The notes beneath the pieces were generated by a model. That model did not search any database and was not told where the DNA came from. It was given only the letters and a program-made list of their open reading frames with translations. From Raja brachyura (taxonomy: Eukaryota): 64,000 nt of DNA. Numbering within the stretch: the first letter of the stretch is position 1; each line of letters opens with the position of its first letter. This document shows, piece by piece, positions 63,301-64,000 of the stretch. The stretch lies in the NCBI GenBank assembly GCA_963514005.1, contig OY740783.1, positions 5,208,001 to 5,272,000 on the forward strand. The letters are read 5' to 3'. Both the position numbers and the translations under genes were made by a program.

Positions 63301-64000
63301 GACCTTTACACTATCAGAATTTACAAAGGTCAAAAATAACAGCATTAAAATTAAATGCTGGACATTATGATAGACCCATGCAGTTGCCGGTTAAGGCAAA
63401 ACTTGAGTTACTATGGTGGATTGGCAATATCCATAACTCATTTAAACCCATCATTGTGCCTCGTCCAAAGGTATACTTGCAAACAGATGCAAGCTCCCAT
63501 GGCTGGGGAGCTACAGACAACAATAACAGTTGTGGAGGTAGATGGGATTCACTTGAAGCTACTTTGTTGTTAGCACAAGGGATAAACTATTTGGAGATGC
63601 TAGGAGCATTCCACGGACTTAGAGCCTATTGTTCAAACATGACTAACACTCATGTCCGTCTCCAAATAGACAATACCACTGCGGTGGCTTATCTGAATCA
63701 TATGGGCGGTACCAGGTCAATTTCATGCAATGAATTGGCAAACACAATTTGGCTCTGGTGTATTCAACGGAATATTTGGATCTCAGCTACCTACTTGCCA
63801 GGTGAGCTCAATACAGTGGCGGACACCAGGTCACGGAAGTTCAATGACAATATCGAGTGGATGTTGAACCCCCAAATATTCACCAAAATTACAGCCAAAT
63901 TTGGTAAACCGGATATTGACCTTTTTGCGTCACGGTTGAACCATCAGGTACCAACATACGTATCATGGGAGCCAGATCCTGGGGCAATGGCGATGGACGC
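60370..64000 (+). mobile_element. DIRS1-like retrotransposon, 5' part (left ITR, gag-like ORF1 about 60571-62339, RT-RNaseH-MT from about 62261), frameshifted and running off the window
   Basis: The left end TTTCGGAGTCACGTGAGTGAC..GTGAAG is complementary to the ICR of the other DIRS. Motifs IGGRL, IDLKDAYY, AYLDD, TDAS, DNTTAVAY and DIDLFASRLN. Confidence 0.9.

Overview
Eukaryotic, transposon-dense DNA from a cartilaginous fish, most likely a skate or ray (inferred from the Ig sequences and repeat families). The core is one complete, unrearranged IgM heavy-chain cluster on the minus strand at about 34.6-55.1 kb. Its order is promoter, leader, VH (23-RSS), (12)D1(22), (12)D2(12), (23)JH, CH1, CH2, CH3, CH4 with secretory tail, TM1 and TM2. 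All exons read open with compatible splice phases. Most of the rest is mobile DNA: CR1, L1, Rex1/Babar and Penelope-like retroelements, two DIRS1-like tyrosine-recombinase elements (one split by a roughly 9.5-kb nested stack of insertions), a solo LTR, SINEs and MITEs. The cluster organisation is known chondrichthyan biology, and I did not find a wholly new system. The most unusual details are a GC splice donor on TM1, a CR1 insertion that displaces the TM2 branch point while apparently supplying a replacement, an octamer-bearing inverted duplication in the J-C intron, Leu at the invariant V-domain Trp, a head-to-head CR1 pair abutting the VH promoter, and an orphan coiled-coil terminal exon near 13.1 kb. 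Four N gaps cannot be read.
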